A stretch of 64,000 bases of DNA from Azolla caroliniana. Taxonomy: Eukaryota; Plantae; Polypodiophyta. A program made the translations under genes and the position numbers. Shown here one piece after another: positions 36,901 through 47,245 of this stretch. Numbering within the stretch: position 1 is the first letter of the stretch; each line of letters starts with the position of its first letter. The stretch is taken from contig JBHGNT010000015.1 in the NCBI GenBank assembly GCA_043228905.1, positions 1,240,001 to 1,304,000 on the forward strand, written 5' to 3'. A model generated the notes under the pieces. That model was not told the origin of the DNA and did not search any database. It worked only from the letters and a program-made list of their open reading frames with translations.

Positions 36901-39130
36901 GGCTATGAATCCATCAGTCAAAACACCGATCGAAGTCCGAAGGGTAACATTTTCCGATGTGCCGACCCTTCAAGAAGGCCCCGCTCTTAACACACGGTCA
37001 GCTTCACGGGTAGCTGAACCTTACACTACCGATTCGGACAACTCTGACTCGGCACAGCAGCTTTCGGACCATCCGACCTCGATACCCGATGCGACCAGTC
37101 CAATCATACCTCGACGATCCGAGAGACTGTCGCAACCTCCGGAGAGGTATTCTCCTGGAATTTTCTTCACCGACGCCGGCGAACCGACGTCTTACGAAGA
37201 AGCATCGACATCTGTCGATTCCGCCACCTGGCATCTGGCGATGGAGTCGGAAATGCACTCCATTCGGGCAAACAAGACTTGGGACCTGGTCGAATTACCT
37301 AGGAACCGACGTGCTCTTCCTTGCAAGTGGGTTTATCGACTAAAAGAGACGTCTGATTCGACCACCCCAAAGTACAAGGCCAGATTAGTTGCGAAGGGCT
37401 TCCGACAAGAATATGGCGTCGACTTCGACGAGATTTTTTCACCAGTGGTGAAAATGACAACCCTTCGTTTTCTACTCGGCGTAGTGGCAGCCGACAACTT
37501 GGAGCTGATTCAGCTAGATGTCAAAACAGCCTTCCTCCATGGTGATCTTGAAGAGGAAATTTATATGGAGCAGCCAAAAGGCTTCGTGGCAACTGGCCAA
37601 GAACATCTAGTCTTCCGACTCAGGAAGAGTCTATACGGCCTCAAACAGGCACCGCGACAATGGTACAAGAAGTTCGACGACTTCATCCAATCGATCGGCT
37701 TCTCAAAAAGTGATGAGGACCATTGTCTTTTTACCAACACAGCTCAAGATGGATCACCCATCTTCCTCATCATCTACGTGGACGACATGCTAATTTCTGG
37801 ACGCCACGCGGGCGAACTTGCCGATCTCATTCGGCAACTGCGGTTGAAGTTTGCCATGAAGGACCTCGGTCCGGCACGACACATACTTGGCATGAAGATT
37901 AGTCGGCATCGCGATCAACGACATCTTTTTTTGTCTCAAACCGACTATATCGGACGTGTCTTGGAACGCTTCAACATGCAATCAGCCAAATCTGCTTCAA
38001 CCCCGCTCCCCATGAATCTTCGGCTCTCTCAGCGAGACTGCCCGACATCCGGTCCGGAGGGGGAAGATATGAAGTCGGTACCGTATGCACCGGCAGTCGG
38101 CTCCCTTATGTACCTGATGGTCGCGACACGGCCTGATATTTCTCATGCCGTAGGAGTCGTTAGCAGATTTATGCACAATCCTGGCCGATCGCATTGGAAC
38201 GCAGTCAAGCATGTGTTCAAATATCTGGCTGGCACAAAAGACCACGGCATTCTTTTCGGTCCGAACTCAACTACAGGCGTAGTCGGTTACACCGACTCGG
38301 ACTTCGCCGGCTGTATAGACAGTCGGAAATCAACAACTGGATACTGCTTCAAATTCGGCAATGGAGCAATTTCGTGGAAGTCGAAACTTCAGGAGTGCAC
38401 AGCGACCTCAACGACCGAAGCAGAATATGTAGCTGCGTCCGACGCTGCAAAAGAAGCTTTGTGGCTCGGCCGGCTGGCGCACACGTTTCGACAAGTCGAC
38501 CATGACTCGGCCCCAGTTGTCTATAGCGACAGTCAAGGTGCTGTTGCCTTGTCGAAAAATCCGGTTCACCACAACGCCTCCAAACATATCGACGTTTGAT
38601 ATCACTTCGTTTGGGACTGCGTCATTTCAGGGAAAATCGGTCTAGAGAAAATATCCACAACCGACAATGTCGCAGATGGAATGACCAAGTGTCTTTCGGC
38701 AGACCGCTTTCGGTCCCTTCGGCATCAGATGGGCGTAACGACAAACCAGTCCAGTTAGAGCCGGACACATCGCAGGATGGTTTCCGACAACCGACATCAG
38801 TTCCTTAATGATCGGCTTCAACTCTTCCGACCCGACCAGTTCGGTCTTCTGCCTTCGGACCCTGCCGACTCGAACAAAACTGATATGTCCGAGAACCTAG
38901 GTTTATGCCTGTAATCTTAGATAACCCATGTATACGCCCATTACGGGGGAGTGTCGAATACAAGTGTATAATGGACGTATTCACACTATCCCTTTGTATA
39001 GATCAAGTTTGGGCCATTTGTGTAATTAGCATAAATGGTAGATGCCCTAAGTCTGTCACTATATATAGTGACCTTGTAACCTTCTTGTAAGGTTGGGTTG
39101 TATTATTGCTTTATGGAATAGAAAGAGTCG

Positions 39131-39198
<68 letters not shown>

Positions 39199-39292
39199 AT
39201 CTCTGTGCAACGACCTAGAAACTGTCATACGCAGGTACAGAACAGAATCGAATGCTTCTTGATCTTCCGCATAGACGACCTCGTCTCCAACA
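33723..39292 (+). mobile_element. C6: young full-length Ty1/copia element, inserted at the start of C4 RT
   Basis: LTRs 33723-34035 and 38952-39292 differ only around the CT tract, as far as seen. TSD CTAGA (33718-33722 / 39293-39297). PBS TGGTATCAAAGC at 34038-34049, PPT GGGGGAG at 38945-38951. Confidence 0.96.
34736..38758 (+). pseudogene. C6 gag-pol in a single frame with two nonsense mutations
   Basis: CNYCKKPGHIKADC, WLLDSGAS, INT, YVDDML and RH are present. Stops are TAG at 36371-36373 (likely from TGG) and TGA at 38597-38599 (likely from CGA in HIDVRYHF). Confidence 0.92.
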
Positions 39293-41571
39293 CTAGAAGG
39301 AAGCCACTACCCTGCAAATGGGTTTTTTGATACAAAAATGTATCCGACTCAGAAAAACCCAAGTACAAAGCTCGGCTCGTCACAAAGGGATTCAAACAAG
39401 AATACGGGGTCGACTACGACGAGATATTCTCACCAGTACTCAAGATGACCACCCTCCGACCCTTACTAGGAGCTAGAGCTAGAGCTAGAGCAGTTGGATG
39501 TAAAGATGAAATTTCTACATGGAGATCTGGAAGAAGACATATATATGTCTCAACCAGTAGGCTTCACGGCGACGGGGGAGGACAATCACCTCATATGTCA
39601 GTTAAAGAAAAGCCTATATGGCTTGAAACAAGCGCTGAGGATGCAGTACCAGAAGTTTGATTCCTACATCAGGCAACTTGGATACCACAGATCGAACTCC
39701 GACCCATGCATGTATATTCGGCAATTGGCGGACAAGTCTAGGATTTATCTGATCCTATACGTCGATGAGATGTTGATTGCAAGAAGCAATCAAGCAAAAA
39801 TCAGAAAGCTGAAGCGAAGCCTTCATGACAAGTTCGCGATGAAGGAACTCGGACAAGCCCGTCACATATTGGGCATGAGGATTAAGCGAAATCAGATGAC
39901 CAAGACTCTCCCAATTCGACTCTCCCAGTCTAACTATATCCGGAAGGTGCTGAAGCGCTTCAATATGGAGAATGCGAAGCCAGCACCAACACCGCTTCCG
40001 ACGTCGATCCGATTATCGGATAGAGACTCTCCTTCAATGGAAAAGGGGAGAGAGAGAGAGAGCTTAATGGAAAGATGCCCTATGCATCGTCTGTAGGAAG
40101 TATCATGTACACAATGGTGGCGACCCGACCTGACCTATCCTATGTCGTAGGAGTGGTCAACCGGTACATGTCAAACCCAGGACGGAAGCATTGGGAGGCC
40201 GTCAAGCACATCTTCAAGTACGTGAGAGGAACTGAAGATACACATTTGACTTTCGATTTGACAACCTCAACCAAAGTTGAAGGCTACACCAATTCCGACT
40301 ATGCTGGAAATATAGATAATCGGAAATCGACATCAGGCTACATCTTCATCTATGGTGGTGAGTAATATCATGGAGGTCGAAACTTTAAGAGTTCACGGCT
40401 CTGTCTACCACAAAAGTCGAGTACATAGCGGCATTGAAAGCAGCAAAGGAAGCGATCTGGTTGCACCGACTGTCTGCTGACTTCTCCGATACAGGCAGAA
40501 ACGATGGGCTATCGCCAACCATCTATTGCGACTCACAGAGCGCAACCACCTATGCCAACCGACTTGTAACATAAATCTAGATTACTATTGTAATCTAAGT
40601 TTACGGGGGAGACAACCCCAAACACATGTATATGTAGGAAAGAGTAGTCCTTTTACAGGGGAGTTTGTTGGCATAAAAGGCCGACTCCCTTCACTTTGTA
40701 TCCTAGTGTGAACTTGTCCACATAGTTCAGGCTTAGTATATAAGCAATAACCTAACGTTGTAAAGAAATATCTTCTTGACCATATATTGTATATCAAGTC
40801 TCTGAGAGAGACAGAGAGAGAGAACGTTGTCGTAGTGTATTCCACACACTACGTGAAAACCATAAAATAATATATCCGATTTTAGATACATATAGATAAA
40901 TAAATAATATATCAAAAGAATTTATCACGTGCATAGGGCAAGATTCGAACCATGCACCTCCACATAGATAAACCCCAACTTTACCATTGTAATAACTTAT
41001 CTTTAGTGTTATAAATATAGATTTAATACGTATAAGACCTTTATTTACACATACCTTTATTAAAAGGTAAAAATCATGTATTCTTTAGAGTGTGAATATT
41101 TTATTTACACGTGACATTAAAAGTGACTCATGCACATCTAGCGTGCATGAGCCCTATATTTAGGAAATGACAAAGCATCACATGCACATTTAGTGTGCAT
41201 GGACACTTTAGGTGAAAAAGCATGAAGCCATGCTTAGCCTCTTCCATCTTTATATAAGGGGGAGAGAAATATGTATAAGGTTGTTGATTAATATACAAGG
41301 ATTGATCAATCTAATATATTCGTGGGATTCACGAATTTTGCCATCTAATTGCTCTTATAATCTAAATATTGTTTTAATTACACTAAACTCGTGGGATTCA
41401 CGAGATTGCTATCTTACTTCTCTTTCCACTATCCATAACTAGCCTTAAGTTGTATTCCTCTTCCTCCTAGTCAAAAACCTCGGCGGTTCCCACCCGACTC
41501 ACACAACAATCCGGAGCCGAAGGGCACGACACAGTTGGTGAACCCGACGTGAAAACCCGGGTGGCAAGGAG

Positions 41572-43641
41572 ATGGAAAATCAACCGGAGGCTAGCAACAT
41601 GATGATGATGTTCGAGCGCATGCTACAAGAACAACGCGCGATGTCGGAGATAGCGGCATCAGTGGAGCGGCTCGTGCAACGAAACGGGCAATTCAACGGG
41701 AAAGACGTGTCGTGGTATCTTCGGGACTACAAGGCGGAGATGCTACAGTGCGGAATATCGGAAGGACTGCAAGTGACGTCCTTCAACCGGGTGGCGACCG
41801 ACGGGCTTCAAGCAAGCATCCATGGGCTACGACAGCAAAATCCGACATGGGAGGCGTTTGAAGTAGAGCTAAAGAGGACGTTCGCCATCGAGGATTCCTC
41901 CAAGGCGACACGGAGGGGATTCGAAGATTGGGTGGAGACGCCGGACAAGGGATTGAAGGTCGTTGATGTGTTTTCGGCATTCGAAAGCCGGTTCGGGAGG
42001 TTGTTCGCGAGAGATCAAGCTATCCTCGTACCGGACAAGGTGATCATGTTCTTGCGAGCCGTGGACGTCCGGGACCGGAAAGATCTCGGAGTGCTCTTGA
42101 AGGACACGACCACGGAGAGTGGTCTCACCGAAACATGGGAAAGCGTGCGGGATATCGTCACGTGATACACGAAGAGGGGGCAATGGCTTGCCAACGAGGA
42201 AAAGAGGGTTTCGGAACCGATTCCGAAACCGAGAACTGGATTGGAAGACCATCAACCGAGGGCTCGAGAGACTACAACCAAGAAGGGGATTGATGCATCT
42301 ACGGTGGAGCAACTATTGAAGGAGATGGAGAATCTGAAGATCGCGATGGTGAAGAAGTCGGATGACCGCCCCACAAGCTCCAAGTATACGGACCGACGGT
42401 GCATATGGTGCGATAGCGCCGAACACGATCGGAGGGATTGCGACGAGCATAAGGAGGCGCTACGGCGGGATCTCATCTACTACGAGGGAAACCGGATTCA
42501 TTCGATGGACTCTCGGAAGCCACTCCGACCGAACTTCCGGAAAGGCGGCATGAAGAAGGTGCTCGAGGAGGAATTGGCGGCAAGAAGCAACTATACGACA
42601 ACCGCGGGAATATGTGTCGGGGAGTCATCGAGAGCAAAGACGTCTTTTTGGCCGGAAGTTCTAGAAAACACCGAGAAAACCGACTCCAACGAGATCCGAA
42701 GCACCGCGGAAGGCGTCCGGGAAGCTACGGGATGGGAGTGCCCTGTCGACAAGAATAGCGTATACGCCCTGTGTCAATTGCATAAGGTGTATGTGGACGA
42801 GAAACGACGACGCACGGAGGATGCGGCCGGACCATCGAAGATACCGGAAAGCTGGAACTCCGGAGGTAAGGGAAAAGAAAAGGCGACTCCGGCATTCAAG
42901 CTCACCTCGGACATAGAACAACAAACCGACTTGAAAAGAGTGTTCGAGGAAAGAATCTTGGATAGCCGGGTAGATTTCTCGCTTCGAGAGCTACTCGGAA
43001 TAGCAAAGAAGGAGTTCCACGATCTTCTCGTGGATCTCGTGAAGCGAAAAAGACAAAGTACGGAGGAAAATGCTCCAAGGGTGAATGCGAACACCGTTTT
43101 AATGAACGACACCGAAGTGGAGGACGAAATTCCGAACTCCCACTATACAAGGCCACATTGGGCACGCGCGACTACGGAGACTCCGGTCCGAATCGGCAAC
43201 ATCAAAGAACCCGTGCTAGCATTGATTGATCACGGATCGGAGATCAACTTGATGTCCAAGGAGTTCTACCGGAAGGGGAAGTGGCCTATTAACACCAACC
43301 ATGGATGGAAGATTCGGGCGGCCACCAAAGCAACGGAAGATCTATTTGCGGCTTGTCCGGATGTGACGGTGAAGATCGGGGATGTCGAGATCGACCAAAA
43401 TTTCTTCGTGCAAGATGAGGTTTCACATTCCGTCATCCTCGGCCAACCCTTTATCACGGCATCACGGATGGAGACGAAGGTGCTCGATAGCGGTGCGGCT
43501 TTTGCGCGAATTCGGAGCCAAAACGGTGGGAAATCCGTCCAATTCCTAACGGTGCCGGCAAATCACGAAAGGAACAAGAGGGAACTCTTGTCCCAAGTGA
43601 GAATGGATTTTAAAGCGGACTGTTGCGGAGTGGGGAAGTGA
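41572..43641 (+). pseudogene. G3 gag-protease frame with one premature stop
   Basis: ORFs 41572-42165 and 42241-43641 share a frame, with TGA at 42163-42165 (probably from CGA). Knuckle CIWCDSAEHDRRDC; protease ALIDHGSEINLMS. Confidence 0.88.
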
Positions 43642-43729
43642 TAGTCCGAGAAGCCCTGATACCCCACACAGGAAGAAAACTCTCGGAGCAAAACATGTAC
43701 GAATCAGTCCGGATGGGGCATCTACGTAC

Positions 43730-46700
43730 ATGACCGTAACCGGAGGATTGAAGAAAGGATACCGACAAGTGGAGGATAAGTTGCGGTCGGCATCAATAAT
43801 AAAAGAAGATGAAGAAATCGTGGGGATAGTCGAAGAAGTGTTCTATGGGAGCACGCTACAACGACTTGAAGAGCTTGCTGAAGATAAAAGCCAAGGGAAC
43901 CGGGTAGTCCCGGTGGAATCGGTCGAGATGTACGAGATCATTGCGAAAATGGAGCCGGATACGCTCCGCAAAGAAGAAGCAATGGTAAGTACGAAATACA
44001 AGACCATGGAGAAGAAGGTGAAACCGGCCGCGGGACCACTACCCGCCGATAGCGAACAAAAGAGGAAAGAAGTCTCGAGAGATCCGACACTTCGGAAGTC
44101 CGTGGATATCGGACATGCCTTCACGGATGAGACCCGGAAGAAACTTCGGATCGGTGGAGGTGGGTTCCTATTACAAAAAGAAGAAGAACGGTTTCGCGAG
44201 ATGTTGGAGCAATACGGCAAAGCGTTTGCATTTACATCAAGGGAGATAGGGTGCGTCGATCCGAGAATAGTGGAGCCGATGGTGATCTTCACGATTGACC
44301 ATGTACCGTGGAACCTGGAGCCGATTCCAGTGCCACGAGCGCATATTCCGAAAGTCATTGACTTGCTCAAGGAGAAGGTGGCGATGGGGATTCTAGAGCC
44401 ATCAACTGCTCCGTACTCAAATCGATGGTTTACGGTTCCGAAGAAGAATGGGTCACTCCGATTTATCCAAGACTTGCAACCGGTGAATAAGGTCACGATC
44501 CAGAACTCGGGAGTCGGTCCAATAGTGGACGAATTTGCGGAAGCTTTTGCCGGTCATGCGATATACTCCATCGGAGACCTATACTCGGGGTATGACCAAT
44601 TCCAACTAGCCGTGGAGAGCCGAGACATCACAACCATGCGAACACCGATAGGATTAGTCCGAATGTGCACACTACCACAAGGAGCGACAAACTCGGTTGC
44701 TCATATGATGAACGCGATGAACAAGGTGCTTCGAGACTGCATTCCGGAGATAACGATGCCGTTCCTCGATGACATTCCGATGAAAGGATGCGCGGTAGAA
44801 GAAAAAGATGAGACTATGGATGATCGGGGATGCCGAAAGTTCGTGGTCGACCATATTCATGATTGCGAGAAAGTGTTGCGAAAGCTAGAAGATGTGCACC
44901 TAACACTTTCCGGGGAGAAATCGGCATTCGGGCAAGAAGAAATATTGGTGGTCGAACATCTATGTGGGCCCTACGGCCGAAGACCGTCACCAACAAAGAT
45001 CGATGCGATTCAAGCTATGGAGGAAGTATGCGAGTCAACATCCGAAGTCCGAAGGTTTCTCGGTGCATGTGCATTCTATCACATATGGATTCCGCACTAT
45101 GCACATATAGCGGACCCGCTCTACCACTTGTTGCGGGAAGGTAAGAAATTCGAATGGAAACCGGAACACACCAAAGCCATGAAGAAATTGAAGAAGACAC
45201 TTCGGAGGGCGGAAGCACTTAAGAAGCCGAGCTATGACCGACCGATCATAGTAACGGTTGATACAAGTCCAACCGGTATTGGGTGGGTCATCAATCAAGC
45301 CGACTCGGATGGTTCGCGGTATCCGATCCGATTCGGAGCAAAGGTTCTCAACGAAAGGCAACGTGGATATGCACAAGTCAAAAGAGAACTGTGGGGAGTC
45401 GTGTTGGCGATAAAATCGGATCGGGATTATTTGATCGGAGCCGAAGTGGTGATCGAGACGGATTGTCTTCCGATACTCGGGATGATGCGGTGTTGTACGA
45501 TACCGGATGTAGCTATGCTAAGGTGGGTTGCATATGTCAAGTCGCTTAATCCGGAGGTTCGACACATCTCGGGGAAGGACAACGCGGTAGCGGATATGTT
45601 ATCAAGGGCTCGGTTCGGAGACGACATAACCGAATCGGATAATGAAGAAGTTTCCGAAGACTACTTCACGTCGGAGCACATATGCCGAGTAAACATAATC
45701 CGAGAATTCCGGGAAGAAGAATACGAGGGAGAAAGCTTGATGATCGGAAAGATGTTACAAGAGGCCGAGGATTCAACACACAATAAAGGAAGAAGAGCCG
45801 AGATCCGAAGGAAGAAGAGACAAGTCCAAAAGTTCTTCTTGGAAAACGGATTAATATGGAGGGCGCCGAAAAGACCGGATGGTATACCACTTCGAGTAGT
45901 CGGGACAAAAGAGCAACGAAACCGGATAATGTCCGAGTTTCACGAATCCGATTGGGCTGGACACCGAGGAACATGGGCAACATTTGTGAAGATCAAGCAA
46001 AAATATTGGTGGAAGAAAATGTACAAAGATGTCGCGGAGTTCACGGAAAGCTGCGAGAAATGTCAAGTCTACTCCGGGGTTCGACATCGAGATGAGTTAC
46101 ATCCGACATTCTCACCGACAATCAACTTCAAGTGGATGGTTGACATAGTGGCCATGCCGACCAGGATCGGACAAAAGAAATACTTGGTATTAGCTCGGGA
46201 AGATCTCACGAATCAAGTAGAAGGTCGAGCGCTTCAGAGGAAAACGTGTTCCGCGGTATGCCAATTTCTTTTGGAGGAAGTATTTTGCAGGTACGGGTGC
46301 GTAGGACAAGTGATTGCGGACCGGGGAGAACTCGACTCGGACAAAGCTAGGGGATTCTTCGCTAAACACGGAGTTCGGTTATCGCTGACAACGGCATACA
46401 ATCCGGAGGCCAACGGGAAAATCAAACGAGGACATAGTCCGATTGTGAAAGCACTTGCGAAGGCATGCGATGGAAAGGTGAAGGACTGGCCGCAGATGCT
46501 TCCGTATGCACTATGGGCGGATCGGACGACGCATAGTTCCATAACCGGTTACATGCCGGCAGAACTCATGACCGGACAAGCACCGGTAATGCCGACGGAA
46601 ATCGCGATCGCAACATGGACAGTGCTACCGTGGAAGGAAGAGATGAGCCGGGAAGAACTACTAGCGGTCCGGATACGACAACTAGAGGGAAGACCGGCAG

Positions 46701-47245
46701 ACATAGCGGAAGCAATACGCCGACAACAAGAAGCACGATTAAGGAACAAAAGCCGGTTCGACACAAAGCACCGACTACGTCCGAGGAGGATTGAAGAAGG
46801 AGACTGGGTGATCGTCTATGACAGTAGTTTGGACCATCAACATACAACGATGCGGAAATTTGCGAAAAGGTGGTTCGGGCCATACGAGGTTCGGAAAGTC
46901 TTCGACAACGGAACATACCGATTGTCCGAGTTGGATGGAACAATACTACGAGTGCCTATAGCCGGGAAGCGGGTGAAGATTTTCAAGAAGCGGACCGACA
47001 ACAAACCCTATGTGATCCAAGCCAAGGCCGACAACGAGGAGCAATCGGACGAAGACCACGGTGTTGCGGGAAGCGAAGAAAGTGAATTACAACTCATAGT
47101 CGACATAAGGGGAGAATCGGAGGAAGCTTTGGGTGAAGACGGATATGGGGAATCGAGAACTTCGGCACATACCGGAGGATGTGCGGGTTCGGAGGGGGCG
47201 AGTGTCGTAGTGTATTCCACACACTACGTGAAAACCATAAAATAA
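43730..47245 (+). CDS. G3 Pol (RT-RNase H-integrase); the frame is open from at least 43604
   Basis: RFIQDLQPVN, TLPQGATNS, FLDDIPMKG, DTSPTGIGWV, HHCC zinc motif, DDE core and GPY motif. The ORF runs into the 3' LTR. Confidence 0.92.
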   Translation: MTVTGGLKKGYRQVEDKLRSASIIKEDEEIVGIVEEVFYGSTLQRLEELAEDKSQGNRVVPVESVEMYEIIAKMEPDTLRKEEAMVSTKYKTMEKKVKPAAGPLPADSEQKRKEVSRDPTLRKSVDIGHAFTDETRKKLRIGGGGFLLQKEEERFREMLEQYGKAFAFTSREIGCVDPRIVEPMVIFTIDHVPWNLEPIPVPRAHIPKVIDLLKEKVAMGILEPSTAPYSNRWFTVPKKNGSLRFIQDLQPVNKVTIQNSGVGPIVDEFAEAFAGHAIYSIGDLYSGYDQFQLAVESRDITTMRTPIGLVRMCTLPQGATNSVAHMMNAMNKVLRDCIPEITMPFLDDIPMKGCAVEEKDETMDDRGCRKFVVDHIHDCEKVLRKLEDVHLTLSGEKSAFGQEEILVVEHLCGPYGRRPSPTKIDAIQAMEEVCESTSEVRRFLGACAFYHIWIPHYAHIADPLYHLLREGKKFEWKPEHTKAMKKLKKTLRRAEALKKPSYDRPIIVTVDTSPTGIGWVINQADSDGSRYPIRFGAKVLNERQRGYAQVKRELWGVVLAIKSDRDYLIGAEVVIETDCLPILGMMRCCTIPDVAMLRWVAYVKSLNPEVRHISGKDNAVADMLSRARFGDDITESDNEEVSEDYFTSEHICRVNIIREFREEEYEGESLMIGKMLQEAEDSTHNKGRRAEIRRKKRQVQKFFLENGLIWRAPKRPDGIPLRVVGTKEQRNRIMSEFHESDWAGHRGTWATFVKIKQKYWWKKMYKDVAEFTESCEKCQVYSGVRHRDELHPTFSPTINFKWMVDIVAMPTRIGQKKYLVLAREDLTNQVEGRALQRKTCSAVCQFLLEEVFCRYGCVGQVIADRGELDSDKARGFFAKHGVRLSLTTAYNPEANGKIKRGHSPIVKALAKACDGKVKDWPQMLPYALWADRTTHSSITGYMPAELMTGQAPVMPTEIAIATWTVLPWKEEMSREELLAVRIRQLEGRPADIAEAIRRQQEARLRNKSRFDTKHRLRPRRIEEGDWVIVYDSSLDHQHTTMRKFAKRWFGPYEVRKVFDNGTYRLSELDGTILRVPIAGKRVKIFKKRTDNKPYVIQAKADNEEQSDEDHGVAGSEESELQLIVDIRGESEEALGEDGYGESRTSAHTGGCAGSEGASVVVYSTHYVKTIK

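Noticed and set aside
573-47085. Numerous antisense and overlapping ORFs within the retroelements (e.g. 10566-11435, 23105-23848, 43843-44496)
   Set aside because: They are shadow frames of GC-rich gag-pol sequence with no recognisable domains.
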